Below, in pieces: positions 39,013-52,075 of a DNA stretch of 64,000 bases. This DNA comes from Octopus vulgaris (lineage: Eukaryota). The stretch lies in NCBI GenBank assembly GCA_951406725.2, contig OX597814.1, positions 131,998,001-132,062,000 of the forward strand, given 5' to 3'. The notes below the pieces were generated by a model. That model worked only from the letters and a program-made list of their open reading frames with translations, did not search any database and had not been told where the DNA came from. Within the stretch, counting starts at the first letter, position 1, and every line of letters starts with the position of its first letter. A program made the position numbers and the translations under genes.

Positions 39013-39714
39013 ATTCAGAATTGATTTCCTAATTGAAAAATATATTGAATTTAGAATAACAACTTTCTATACAACATATTTTGTTTTTTTTCTTCCCTCA
39101 TATAAGGAATAATTTCACTCCCTGGCAACGCCGAGTGCCTCTTGTAGTAAAATAATAATCAGACAATTAGTACTGTGTAACAGTAAGTTATACACACTGT
39201 AGTCTCACCATACAATGTTATTTAATCAATTTTTTGCATGTTCACATCCAATTATTTTGATCCCTTTTAGATATTTACCTCTTCCATATATTGATTTGAC
39301 TATCACTATCCTCATAAAGATCTTTTCCTGTGTGACTGAATATCGAAATATTAATTCCTATTAAGTCATATTATGAGAATTTACATTCGTCAATATTCAA
39401 ATAAATTAGAAAATATTCCAAATGAATACCGCGAACTCCTAAAGAAGAAGTTGATCAAAGCAACGACACGGAAAAGGAAATATAGAGTGGAACTATGATG
39501 CAGTTAAAGTGTTATTGACTTTAGGATTAAAATGGTGATGGTATATAAATGTTGAGAAATAAGAAATACATGACGCTCAACTAAATTAATTGAACAATAA
39601 TTGTGATGTAAATTTTTTAGTAACTAAATCACCGGGGCATTTCTTAATTAAATCTGAGTAAAGGAAATACTGGCAAAAGTATACAAACTGACACACACGC
39701 AAACAAACAAACAC

Positions 39715-39715
39715 G

Positions 39716-39790
<75 letters not shown>
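39715..39790. repeat. (CA)n microsatellite
   Basis: Directly visible. Confidence 0.95.
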
Positions 39791-40035
39791 GCACAAATAT
39801 TTATGTAGTACCATATATATTTGTGTATGTAGATTTATTTACATATATTTACAAAACAAGAATAAAAGAATGTTTTTGTCAATCTTTCCCTTGTAAAAAT
39901 AAACATGGTTCTCTGCTTGAAAGCATTCGGTGATTCAGTTTCTTGTTCAAATGTTTATATAAACAACACGCACGCGCTTGCACAGAAACGAAGACACGAA
40001 GACACATACATTTTACGCCAATATGTATAATCATA

Positions 40036-40160
40036 GGCGTTCCTGTGTGGTAAGAAGTTTGTTTCCCGGACATATGGTTCCGGATTCAGTCTCACTGCGT
40101 GGAACCTTGCGCAAGTGTCTTCTACTATAGCGTCCGGCCGACCAAAATCTTGTATCTATA
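40036..40160 (+). mobile_element. SINE 5' fragment (tRNA-like head)
   Basis: ctgtgtggtaagaagttt..ggttccggattcagtctcactgcgtggaaccttgcgcaagtgtc. Confidence 0.7.
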
Positions 40161-41091
40161 TTTGCTCGTCAGAAATATAGACAGGCTTATTTAACTATAT
40201 ATAGAAAATACTTAGTCATCTGATAATGCACAGTTTAGAAAAATTAATTATTTTGTTTCTTTAATAAAATTTGTTTTTTTATTTTCTCTCTTTTGAATTA
40301 CATATATTCTACATGAATTAAATTCTATTACACATTATCTGTAATTTAACCATTTTTTTGATAATGAGTTGTTTAAGAAAATAAAATTAAAACAATAATA
40401 TAATACTAAAAATAAGGCAGAAATGCTTTACCCTAATACAGAGAAATTTTTAAATAAAGAAATAATAACTTAGATCTTTAAAAAAATTGCATTGACGCGC
40501 AAAAGAATATAAAAAACAAAACATTACACACACAATTTGATGAACAAATTCTGAAATTTATTTAGCCAATTCTAATCTCAGGAGCAATATTTTAAGGCTT
40601 TTATTTATTTATTTATTTTTTAAACTTTTCCTGTAATTTTCCAGGCTTAATTAGTGTTTCTCCTGTACTCTTCCTTACGCCCGCATTTTTCATTCTTGTC
40701 CAGTTTTTTTCCCCACACATCACTTGCATTATTATGATTAATTATATTTACTTTTACAATTAAAAAAAATGATACTATTGTAAATATTTTTTATACACAA
40801 ATTTTTTCAGACTTAGAAGTTTTGTTTGCACCTAAAAATAACAAAGGATTAATAACAGCATATCTGTTACAAATAAATATATTTAAAGCAATTTTATTAT
40901 AAAATAATGTTACATTTTAATTAAATAATGAATTACTTTTCTAATGAGGGAAATTTTTATTTTTATAAACAAAATAATATAAATTAATATGAAATCTCCA
41001 AAAATCATAACTTTTTTATACTTAATATTTTTCGACAGGAATTTCTCCAAAACTTGATGAACTCGATGAAGTCATTCATTTGAGTTGAAAG

Positions 41092-41832
41092 AATATTAGC
41101 TAAATAATATGTGGAGTACTTTTAAGTGACGAAAAGTAGGTATCATTTTAACAAATCAAATTTTTTTTCCATTTTAAGATACTTAATGTCGGTTTCACGG
41201 ATCGTTTAACTTAATGGTACATAGCGCTTAACAGAAGTTTTGAGTTGTACAGGGTCCGATCTTCTGTAGCAACTCACAGGCCACTTTTTCTTCTGTTTTC
41301 TAACGATATTTCACCTAATTTCTTAGCCGTTTACGCAGTTGTTATGCATTCGAGATTTGCTTCAGATTAAAGAGAAGAAATTTGTAGTGACTATATTAGC
41401 AACAAAAGTTGCGTGTCTTTAAGTGACAAAAAAGGTAATAATTTAAAACATTCAGAATATTATTATTGCCTTCTTAAGAAAAAAATTACCTTTTTTTGTC
41501 ACTTAAAGACACGCAACTTTTGTTGCTAATATAGTCACCATAAATTTCTTCTCTTTAATCTGAAGTAAATCTCGAATGCATAACAACTGCGTAAACGGCT
41601 AGGAAATTAGGCGACATATCGTTAGAAAACAAGAAAAGGTGGCCTGTGAGTTGCTACAGAAGATCGGACTCTGTACCACTCAAAACTTCTGTTAAGCGCT
41701 ATGTACCATTAAGTTAAACGATCCGTGAAACCGACATTAAGTATCTTAAAATGGAAAAAAAAAATTGATTTGTTAAAATGATACCTACTTTTCGTCACTT
41801 AAAAGCACTCCACATTTTATTTAGCTAATATT
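41092..41832. repeat. Long inverted repeat: ~348-bp arms, 45-bp spacer
   Basis: 41092-41439 is the reverse complement of 41485-41832 with only scattered mismatches. Confidence 0.95.
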
Positions 41833-42059
41833 TTTTGACGAAATTATCACTATAAGATTTATTACATATAGCTCTTTCAGTATTGTAAAGTTTTCTTTAA
41901 CGATAGCTGAGATATTTTGAAACAAATTAACTTTTGGGGGTTATTAACTATATATTCGTCAATTAAAACTATACTATTTTTCTCTCTACCAAATATTTTT
42001 TAACGAGATTTTCACCAAAAGATTCTTCTCAATGAGCTCATTCTTATTCTATCTGTCCC

Positions 42060-42447
<388 letters not shown>

Positions 42448-42779
42448 TTTTAAAATAACAGCTATTTTGAGTCAAAGTAAATGTTTCATCCTATTTTCCC
42501 AGTTTTGGCCTCATATATTTTGACCTAACCTTTGTTAAACTAATTTTCAATTATTTGATTTCAAAATGTAGCTGAAGACTGGAGCAATATTGTTAAAAAC
42601 TTGCATTCAATTAAGCTAAAAACTGAATAAGTGATGAAGCCTAGAATTGTTCACGGGTAACTAAAAGTTGACCGTAACAACATATCCACTCGCCGCCACG
42701 AGTGAATATATGTATACACACAGACACACAGACACAAACAAACATATACTCAGACACACAAACACACATACACATTTTT

Positions 42780-43160
42780 GAATCCCTAGTGAGCATTGAT
42801 AGATTTTGTATGCCCAATTGTTTCTAGGGTTGTGAGTTGATATAGTATTTTCGGATGTGTTGTTTCTCTTGATGTTTTAATGCCTATTTCCTTGGTACGT
42901 TTAATTCTATCATCTATAAGCGAGGATGGATAGTGTCTCTCAACTAGTGTTGACCTAGTTGGACGGGTCATTCGAAGCATTTAATCTTCAGTCAAGAACC
43001 GGGTCATCCTCGCAATTTCGGCTGATTAATCTTGAAATTGCTCCAATCTGGCCAGCCCCAACGAAAACCTAAGCTAAAAGCATTAGATTCCTTGGAAAAA
43101 GGATCGAATGTATACGAAACAAAGACAGAAAATCGGACAATGTTACACGAATATAAATAC
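42780..43160 (-). mobile_element. Penelope-like ORF fragment with adjacent repeat DNA
   Basis: Minus-strand LVERHYPSSLIDDRIKRTKEI resembles the PLE RT/endonuclease linker L..RGYP..LI...I.RA. Confidence 0.55.
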
Positions 43161-43309
43161 ACTATTTCCTGTGAGTTCATTTCTTCTTTACTCTAAAGAG
43201 AATTGTATTAACAGTGCAGTGAATTCGAAGTTTCGGCTTGCTGAGCCAACATCATATATGCATACATACATACATACATACATACATACATACATACATA
43301 CATACAAAC

Positions 43310-44330
43310 ATAAAGAGAGACAAGATCACAAGTTATGCAGATGATACAAAAGTTTCACAGGTAATACAAAACCCTGAAGACACTATGCACCGGCAATGTG
43401 AGCTGGACGAAATATACAAGTGGGCTGAAAAGAATAGCATGCAGTTCAATGCTGTAAAGTTTCAAGCTTTATGCTATCAGCATGCAACACTAAGTGCGAT
43501 ACCCAATAAATACACTGGACCTGGAGGGATTGCAATCCCAGAGGCACAATCGGTGTGAAACCTGGGTATTTACATGAGTGATGATGCAACCTTTCATGTG
43601 CATGTTGCTAAATTGGCAATGAAATGTTGGCGGCTGACCGGATGGATTCTTAGAACTTTTAGGACAAGACCAGGAAACCATGATGGTCCTCTGGAGGACA
43701 CTTGTCCTAAGCCACTTTGAGTATTGCTCTCAGCTATGGTCACCAACCAGTATCAAATTTATCACAGAACTTGAGGCAATCCAACGAAGCTACACGAAGA
43801 AGATAGCCTCTAGGTAGCATATAAGCTATTGAGAAAGACTCAAGAGATTAAGACTCTATTCCTTAGAGCGTAGGTGAGAAAGATATGCCATAATATACAT
43901 CTGGAAGATCCTGGAAGGACTTGTCCCAAACTTTGGCATCGAGAGTTACACAAATACTAGAACTGGGCGCCGCTGCATAGTGCCAAGGACTCTTAATTTG
44001 CCATCAAGATGTAGGACAAGATACTGCGATAGCCTGGGCTTCAGAGGCCCACAGCTCTTCAATATCTTCCCGAGGGACCTGAGAGACCTGCATAGGGTGG
44101 ATGCGGATGTCTTTAAAATAAAGCTGGACCTCTTCCTGTCAGGTATCCCAAATGAACCAACTTCACGGCAGGAGGTGCAGATGAGGGCAGCTGCATCAAA
44201 CTTTCTCATGCACCAAATGACAATTGCTAAAAAGCATTCGTGAAGTAAAATCACGCATCAACACCGAATGGCGGTGCTCCAGCATGGCCACAGATCGTGA
44301 GCTGAAACTAGATGAAAGTGAAAAAAAAAT
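43310..44330 (+). mobile_element. 5'-truncated CR1-like LINE
   Basis: ITSYADDTKV, WAEKNSMQFN, GWILRTF, EYCSQLWSP, LYSLERR, FRGPQLFN, KLDLFLSGIPNEP; 3' tail ggcggtgctccagcatggcc. Confidence 0.9.
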
Positions 44331-44880
44331 GAAAGTACATATATACACACACACACACACATATATAAGAGTAAATATAAGGACAAACAAGTTAGATAAA
44401 TCGATATACAAAAAAAATTAAATACATTTCATACAAAAAATGTACATGTTTACATATAAATAGGTCCGACTTACACAGAAGAGAAATAATATCGGGAATT
44501 AAAGGGGTTGAATAGGAGTTGAATAAGAGTCCAACAGCTGTTCCTAGGGGCTTGGTGAGCCAAAATAATGATTGTAAATTGATTCCATCATCGGATAATA
44601 CCAGCCTCCCTCTTCAGGGAAGAATTTTACATTTGCGGCATTGACAGAATAGAGTATATTGATGGAATTCAATCCCTTTAATTCTTGTATCATTTCCATT
44701 CTGTGTATTCGGATCTTTTTGTATGCAAATGTACGTACATTATTTATATCAAATGTATTTAATACTCTGTTGTATATCGACTTACCCATTTTGCTTGTCC
44801 TTACATTTATTCCCTACCTACACAAGTTTAAATCTCATGAGCACTATGAAGTGTATTCTATAAAGTGAATACCTTCTCTG

Positions 44881-45100
<220 letters not shown>

Positions 45101-45370
45101 GCTATTTTTTAATTTGTGGTCCAGCGCACACTGAAATACACATTCCTGCAAAATATGTATTTTACATTCGCTACCGAAACCCTCACGCATAGATTAGCGT
45201 GACACTGCGGGAGCAATACACACAGTTAACAAGGACAATGACAAATTCTAAAATAAGAAACGCCCTCGCCCACAAATAGACACAGATAAACAACAACATA
45301 CGTCCATATAAGCATATTTTCATTCACATGGACCATAGTTACCCAACACAGCAAGCATGCTTTGTACTTA

Positions 45371-45410
<40 letters not shown>

Positions 45411-45490
45411 TTAAGGGTAGAAATTGATATTTATCAATTAAAACCAGTGGTCTAGCATATTAAAAAAAGAATCCGAAGATTAAAATATTT

Positions 45491-45665
45491 ATATATACCA
45501 ATTAAGGACTGAACACGAAAAGTGGACAGTCAACATGCTAGATATAGACGTCAAATCACCATTCTCCACAAAAGATTATGTTCTCAAAATCTTTTGTGAA
45601 GAATGGCGATTTGACGTCTATATCTAGCATGTTGACTGTCCACTTTTCGTGTTCAGTCCTTAATT

Positions 45666-45672
<7 letters not shown>
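45491..45672. repeat. Near-perfect palindrome (~85-bp arms) abutting (TA)n
   Basis: ccaattaaggactgaacacgaaaagtggacagtcaacatgctagatatagacgtcaaatc / reverse complement at 45608-45667. Confidence 0.9.
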
Positions 45673-45720
<48 letters not shown>

Positions 45721-45940
45721 AGAGAGAGAGAGAGAGAGAGAGCAATAAGTAAATGGAGGGGATGAATAGGTTGTATTCATCAACTTTTAGACATTACATT
45801 ATAATTATATTATAATACGACGATTGTAACAATATATATACATGTATAACATATTATGCTTTGCATATATAATATATAAAATATAAAAATATCAGTAATT
45901 ATTAAAATATATAACATATAGCAATAGAAATTGGGATAAT

Positions 45941-46064
45941 ATCTTACAGCTGTTTCGGCCAAGAGGCAATCATACCGCATTCTACTTATATCCTTCCAGT
46001 TGACTGAATTAATTAGTAGATGAAATTGAGGTACTTGGGTGTTTTTCTAGGCTTCGTCAGAGAT
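45941..46064 (-). ncRNA. Type-I hammerhead ribozyme motif
   Basis: atct CTGACGA a gcctaga..tcttggc c GAAA CAGCTG TA agat: canonical core, 4-bp helix I, palindromic helix III, GUA site. Confidence 0.7.
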
Positions 46065-46216
46065 TTAAGAAGGTACATAAGGTTAAGTTATAAATATAAA
46101 TACACGCATATATGCATAGTTTACATATACATACATATACATAAATATACATAAATGCATATAGCTACATTTAAATGTACACGCTTATGTGTATGTATAT
46201 GCATACAAATGAATCA

Positions 46217-46249
<33 letters not shown>

Positions 46250-46392
46250 GGATGCATTATATTAATCATATTAGATAAAATATAAACAGAGGTATGAGAA
46301 AGTTATTATAAGAGGAGTAATATAATTTATAAAATCAATATATCTTAAGACTATTTTAGCTTTGTAAAAATGAAACTGTATATACACGAGTA

Positions 46393-46452
<60 letters not shown>

Positions 46453-46658
46453 AAATATTAGGGAATAAATCCAAACTTACAGGGAAAAATCAGATTTAGG
46501 ATTAAATCCAATTTTATAGTATAAATATATTATATTATATTATATTAAATTAGAGATAAAACCACTATTAGGCAAATCAAACAATGAAAAACATAAGCCA
46601 ATACATAAAATTAATTTAATTTATATTATTTTTAATATATATCAAAAGTATTAAAAGT

Positions 46659-46755
46659 TTACACTACGATCGTTTCATGGCTGTACAATTCGAATAACAA
46701 TAATTTAAATTCAATTAATAATTCGAGTTATGGCTACAGTCAATCTTCAGGTTAA
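46659..46755 (-). ncRNA. Type-I hammerhead ribozyme motif
   Basis: ttaac CTGAAGA t tgactgta..tacagcca t GAAA CGATCG TA gtgtaa: canonical core, palindromic helix III, GUA site. Confidence 0.65.
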
Positions 46756-47429
46756 TTGAAATATCTAAAAAATAATCAGAAATATTTAAACAATAGTTTT
46801 AAGATATAAATAATATAATAATTTTACTTATAATAAACTCTATTATCAAACTAGAAACATAAAACTTAATAATTATAATTATATCAAAATCGACTTTACT
46901 GTTAAATATTAATTTTAATTTATAAGGTAGGAAACCCACCAGTAATCTAATATCGGTATTAATCTATATCTAATTACATAAATATTTAAAAATGACTATT
47001 ATATATAAAAATTATCAATGAAAATATATAAATGTATATAAATATTATAATTAAGATCTAAAATAATCTCTATAAATAAATATATAAGCATATATAATAA
47101 AAACCTAATAAATTAATTTTTCATATTTAAAGATGAAATAGGTAATTTCAAAATACAAATAAATAAACTTAAACGAACTTTCGGAATTCTTATGTAAAAT
47201 ACTTATAGAAATAATCAATTCGTAGTAATATAGTATCGAATAAATACTATAAATACTATAAATATAATTATCAATGGGAATAACTAGCGAATATCAATTT
47301 AAAAAAACAATAACTAAGTTATGCTATTAAATTAGACATGGCCTGGACCAATCTTTAGTCGAAACATATCTAAGTTTATCTAATTTAAATTATATAAGAA
47401 ATTTAAAACTACAATGCGTTGTTTCCCCC

Positions 47430-47620
47430 CATTATTTGTATGTTCTCATGCTATGTCATTATTCCTGTATCTCCAGCCTTTTGGATATTTGCGTGAACCA
47501 GTTCCCCTCTTTGTTAAATGATCGTGGTGACTACAAAATTATGTTGGACCTTGGCACATCATAAGCCATGTTTCTACTCACCGATGAGGCAAAAAGTTTT
47601 TGAAAATGTATGCAATATAT
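47430..47620 (-). mobile_element. Possible Penelope-like GIY-YIG C-terminal remnant
   Basis: Frameshifted minus-strand peptides FCLIGE*K, NK/RGELVHA and HENI resemble C.LC..EK...LNKR.EL...CRH. Confidence 0.35.
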
Positions 47621-47654
47621 ATATTATTTTGTTACACCCCTTTTAGATATTAGT

Positions 47655-47835
47655 CTCAAATTTTGGCACAAAGTGAGAAACTACATATCAGGAGTAAGTT
47701 GATTACATCGATCTCAGGACTCAACTGATATCAAGCCCAGAAATTCCTCGGCGGAATTTAAATTCAGAACGTAAAAACGGACGAAATGCCTCTACGCATT
47801 TTATCTGGCGTGGTAACTATTCTGTCAGCTAAACT
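47655..47835 (-). mobile_element. Diverged SINE (Nin-like core family)
   Basis: cctcggcggaatttaaattcagaacgtaaaaacggacgaaatgcc. Confidence 0.7.
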
Positions 47836-48673
47836 GTCTTATCTAGTTTAAATGTTGTATTTCTCAGAAGTATCACAACTCCTCGGAATACTCAGCGCTC
47901 CACATTACACCCCCAGTTTGCATGATAAAAATTATTCCAATACGATGCAACAATCCAAGTTAAGAAACAACTTTAAATTATAAGCAGGTCAGAACTGTGC
48001 TAATACCGACTACCCAACGTGTTTTACTTTTGTTATGAAATAATTCCTACAGTTATAAGCAGCTATTGGGTACTTGCTAGTTACACCTAGATGGGCTCTG
48101 TAGAACAATAGTGCAGTTAGAAGGAAGTATATTTTTTCCAACAGTTTATATGTTGTTATTTTTACCAGCCTTATCAACTTCATAAATAAGTCGATATGAA
48201 TTTAGTAATTATTCTGAGAGTTGTTAAATTACAAATTCTATGCTGTAGTATATACTTGTGTACTCGCTTTGAAATAATTAGAGGGATTATTTGATTTGAT
48301 TTTTCCAGTTTCAGCTCATGAGCTGTGGTATTGCTGGGGCACCGCCATTGTGAATATTATTGTTATAATGTTCTGTTTAGGAAAGAATTTGATGTTATAT
48401 TGCATGCTATACATTGCGAGTTAGAAAGGGTTGTAAAATATGATCACTTGAAGTCAATTGTTAACAACTGTTCAGAGGTTTTGTTTAAGCCATTAAATCT
48501 ATAGCCGTTACACTTAAAACGGTTGAATTATTGAATATAAATACACGCATACAAATACATACAAACACACAAATGCGTGCGCACACAAACACAGAAGCAT
48601 AATGATATACAGACACATATCCACACAAACAAACAAAGACACTAACGTCTTTGAATAGAAATGAAAGGAAGAC

Positions 48674-48850
48674 GGGTTTTCCGTTCCCAATACCTGTGTA
48701 TAGATATTAAACTGACTTTTTCACACCCACCACTTGTAGATTAGATGAATAAACACCAATCAGAAAAAATGTAAGATACATCCTGGTTCAAGCGCCACCT
48801 GGCAACCCTGTAGGTTATATAAGTCCATGAATTATCAAACTAATTCAGTG
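48674..48850 (+). promoter_or_regulatory. Promoter of IL-17 #2: Rel/kB-like GGGTTTTCC, CCAATCA box, TATATAAGTC, Inr-like TCAGT
   Basis: Motifs at 48674-48682, 48756-48762, 48816-48825 and 48845-48849 in canonical order and spacing. Confidence 0.7.
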
Positions 48851-49085
48851 TAACCATGTGCTTTCTTTAACTCACCATAGGTAATATTTCTCATTTTAAT
48901 TCTTTCCTTATATAACTCATTACTTACCTGAAGTGTAAGAGTTTACATGACTGGTGTCTAGTGTGTTATATCTCGGTTAAACCAGGGCAGTTAAACGCAT
49001 ACTGAATTGAGAGGTGGTCAGGTCTCTTATGTAAAATTACTTAGTTGTCGTCGTCTTTTCCACTCCTGAGTCAACAAGCTGCATA

Positions 49086-49100
49086 ATGGAGTCATTTCAA
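49086..49100 (+). CDS. IL17: IL-17-like gene #2, coding exon 1 (MESFQ)
   Basis: ataATG GAG TCA TTT CAA|GTAAGTA, a phase-0 donor that completes the signal peptide MESFQFVNYFLLNFILTVSSA. Confidence 0.8.
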
Positions 49101-49136
49101 GTAAGTATTATCTGATACATAACTATATGTGTGTGT

Positions 49137-49167
<31 letters not shown>

Positions 49168-50069
49168 CGAAAGAAGGAGAGAGAAATACAAGTTTATATG
49201 TTGTTATTTTTACCAGCCTTATTTGTAAATGTAGGGCAATTAGACTTCTCCCAGAGAAAGTAAAGCTATAAATATAATTTGTTAAATATATAAAATTTTA
49301 ATTATTTACTATTCATTAGAAATGCGGCGGTGTTTCAGAATAGCTATCTCTACCTTCTGAGGAGCAAAAACAAGCACGGAAATAGGGGAGGCGGGCAGAA
49401 ACTCTGAGAAAAAATTATTCTTTCAGAATCTTAATTGCCGTTGTATGAAATATGGGATTATGGAAAAAAAATGAGAGAAAAAAAAGACCCACGTAATTCC
49501 TGCCCTTCTTTCTCAGCAAATAGTGGTAGGTCTTCCGTATGCTCGCTATATGTGACTTTTAAGTCTTGTTAGGAAGTTGAACACTTTTGCAGAGATGTAA
49601 CAACATGTATTTAGAAAGCTTACCATACGTTGATATCTGCCTTCATTCTAACACGGAATTTTTCATTGGGTGTTTTTCTGTCTCGGTTGCGGCCAGCCAC
49701 TGAATGCATTCATGATAAAGGTATTAACTGATATGTTGAGAATTAAGCAATGCCTGTGCCTCAAGCTTTTTAAAGTTAGGAAAGGCGTTGGATAGGACCA
49801 ATTTCAGTCTATGAACAACATACACTCCTCCCCAGTAAACGAAACAAAACTGGTTAACATCAGTGCTAACAAACGAATTTTTCCTTCTAGAGAGGTATCT
49901 AAGCAAAGACTAGGTATCTCTTATACTCAACTATTGGATGGCCACTGACTCCACTGAATCGCCCTTTGACAGGCTTTGTAATGTTGTTGGTTTTGTCACG
50001 GACGGCCTTTCCATGCAACAAGTTTAACTAGATTAGTTAATGCTATCCGTAGCACCTAGAATAATTTGT

Positions 50070-50247
50070 CATACGTACATGCATGCATATACACATACAT
50101 ACATACATACATATATACATACATACATACACACATACACACATACACACACATACACACACATACATACACACATACATACACATATACATGCACAAAT
50201 ACATACACACATACATACACACATATACACATACATACATACATACA

Positions 50248-50281
<34 letters not shown>

Positions 50282-50368
50282 CATACATACATACATACAT
50301 ACATACATACATACATACATACATACATACATACATACATACATACATACGTACATACATATATATAG
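50070..50368. repeat. (TACA)n/(CA)n microsatellite
   Basis: Directly visible. Confidence 0.95.
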
Positions 50369-50595
50369 GTACACTTAAACAAACACATATGCATATTTCT
50401 GTTGTGAAAATTTTACATATTTTCTAAATATTTGTTGATAGAACGGGCAAGGTGTCCGAAAAGTCATATTTTAGTCCGAAGGGTGATATTTGCAGTAAAA
50501 AAAGACAAAACAAAACCACGCCAAAATCATTAATTAGGAAGATTTAGACCAATCATGCACATTTTATGCATACCCTACCTACCCGTAACTTGTCA

Positions 50596-51011
50596 ATATA
50601 CATGATCTCGCATTATATAATATTATATGAATATATATTATCTCGCATTATATAATATTAGATGAATATATATGATCTCGCATTATATAACATAAGATGA
50701 ATATATATGATCTCGTATTATATAATATTAGATGAATATATATGATCTCGTATTATATAATATTAGATGAATATATAAGATCTCGCATTATATAATATAA
50801 GATGAATATATATATGTTCTCGTATTATATAATATTATATGAATATATATGATCTCGCATTATATAATATAAGATGAATATATATGATCTCGTATTATAT
50901 AATATTAGATGAATATATATGATCTCGCATTATATAATATTAGAGGAATATATATGATCTCGTATTATATAATATTAGATGAATATATATGATCTCGTAT
51001 TATATAATATT
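50596..51011. repeat. 35-bp minisatellite, 12 copies
   Basis: Unit tgatctcgcattatataatattagatgaatatata; tctcg recurs every 35 nt from 50606 to 50993 (one 37-nt unit). Confidence 0.95.
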
Positions 51012-51788
51012 CAAAATATTATATAATATTAATTTAGTTTTGTTCAAACTTCAGTATGAATGGTAAATCTAGAGTGTGAGATATGTTGGAAACAAACAAT
51101 ACATGCCACAATATTTGGTGCGAATATTTCTAATGTTAATTATTACGCAAGTACATCAATTCCACTTTCGAAATATCCACAATCAGTAATTCATATGTCA
51201 AATAATATTGTATGTTGTATATATGGATTGAATATACAAACTATGTAACAAAATATTTCAATTTAATGCATATTTGTAAGACAAAGATGATATACATAAA
51301 ATTTAAAGGTTTTCAAATTTTATTATTGTTGTGTGGAGGTCCCCAGACGATGAAGTAGGCTAGCCCAAAACGTAGATACAGAGGGAGACGTCTAGACGCC
51401 AAGGTAGACTAGAACGGAGTAGTGTTGAGGAGTTGAGTAGAGATAATTCGAACGTGCGACATAACAATTATAAATATGGAATCCATTTCTCTAACCTGCA
51501 AATATAAAAACAAATGTTTGAGTGTCTGTATTTGTAACAGTAAATAAACATATACATACACAGGATCAGTGTGACATATTAGACTACGTAGACAACAGTC
51601 AAGAACGCTAAAATCTGGGGGCACTGCACAAATTCTGAACTACTTGAAATTTCTTAATGCAACAAAAACACGAAATCGCAGTAAGAAAGGGAGCAAGAAT
51701 GATGACTCCTGGAACGGAGGAGAACAGAGGAAAGGGTTTTAGTGGGACGGATAAGACGAGAAGGTTTTGTGGAATTATGAACTGTCAC

Positions 51789-52075
51789 ATATTCTGTTGT
51801 GTCTGGGGAGAGTCATTTTCTTTTTGTGCCTTATAAATTTAACACACACACACACCGATAAAATTTCCACTTATTTTTACTTTTATTTTTCTAAAATTTT
51901 CGTTAAGATGCAACGAAAATTTTAGGAAAATAAAAATAAGAAATAAGTGGAAATTTTACCGGTGAGTGTGTTACATTATAAGACACAAAAAGAAAATGGC
52001 TCCCCCTAGATACAACAGAATATGCTTCAACACACGATCTCATATAAAGAATCTTGCAAACCAAATCCAAAACCG
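51789..52075. mobile_element. Fold-back (MITE-like) element, centre-deleted copy of 14431-14765
   Basis: Same arms and the same downstream gcttcaacacacga..gaatcttgcaaaccaaatcca tail. Confidence 0.85.

Noticed and set aside
48881-49044. Possible 5'UTR intron in IL-17 #2 (ag|gtaat ... ttag|)
   Set aside because: The paralogous leader has conserved blocks inside this interval but no matching donor, and the acceptor is weak.
50596-51011. CRISPR-like periodicity
   Set aside because: Units are contiguous with no unique spacers, there are no cas genes, and the context is eukaryotic.
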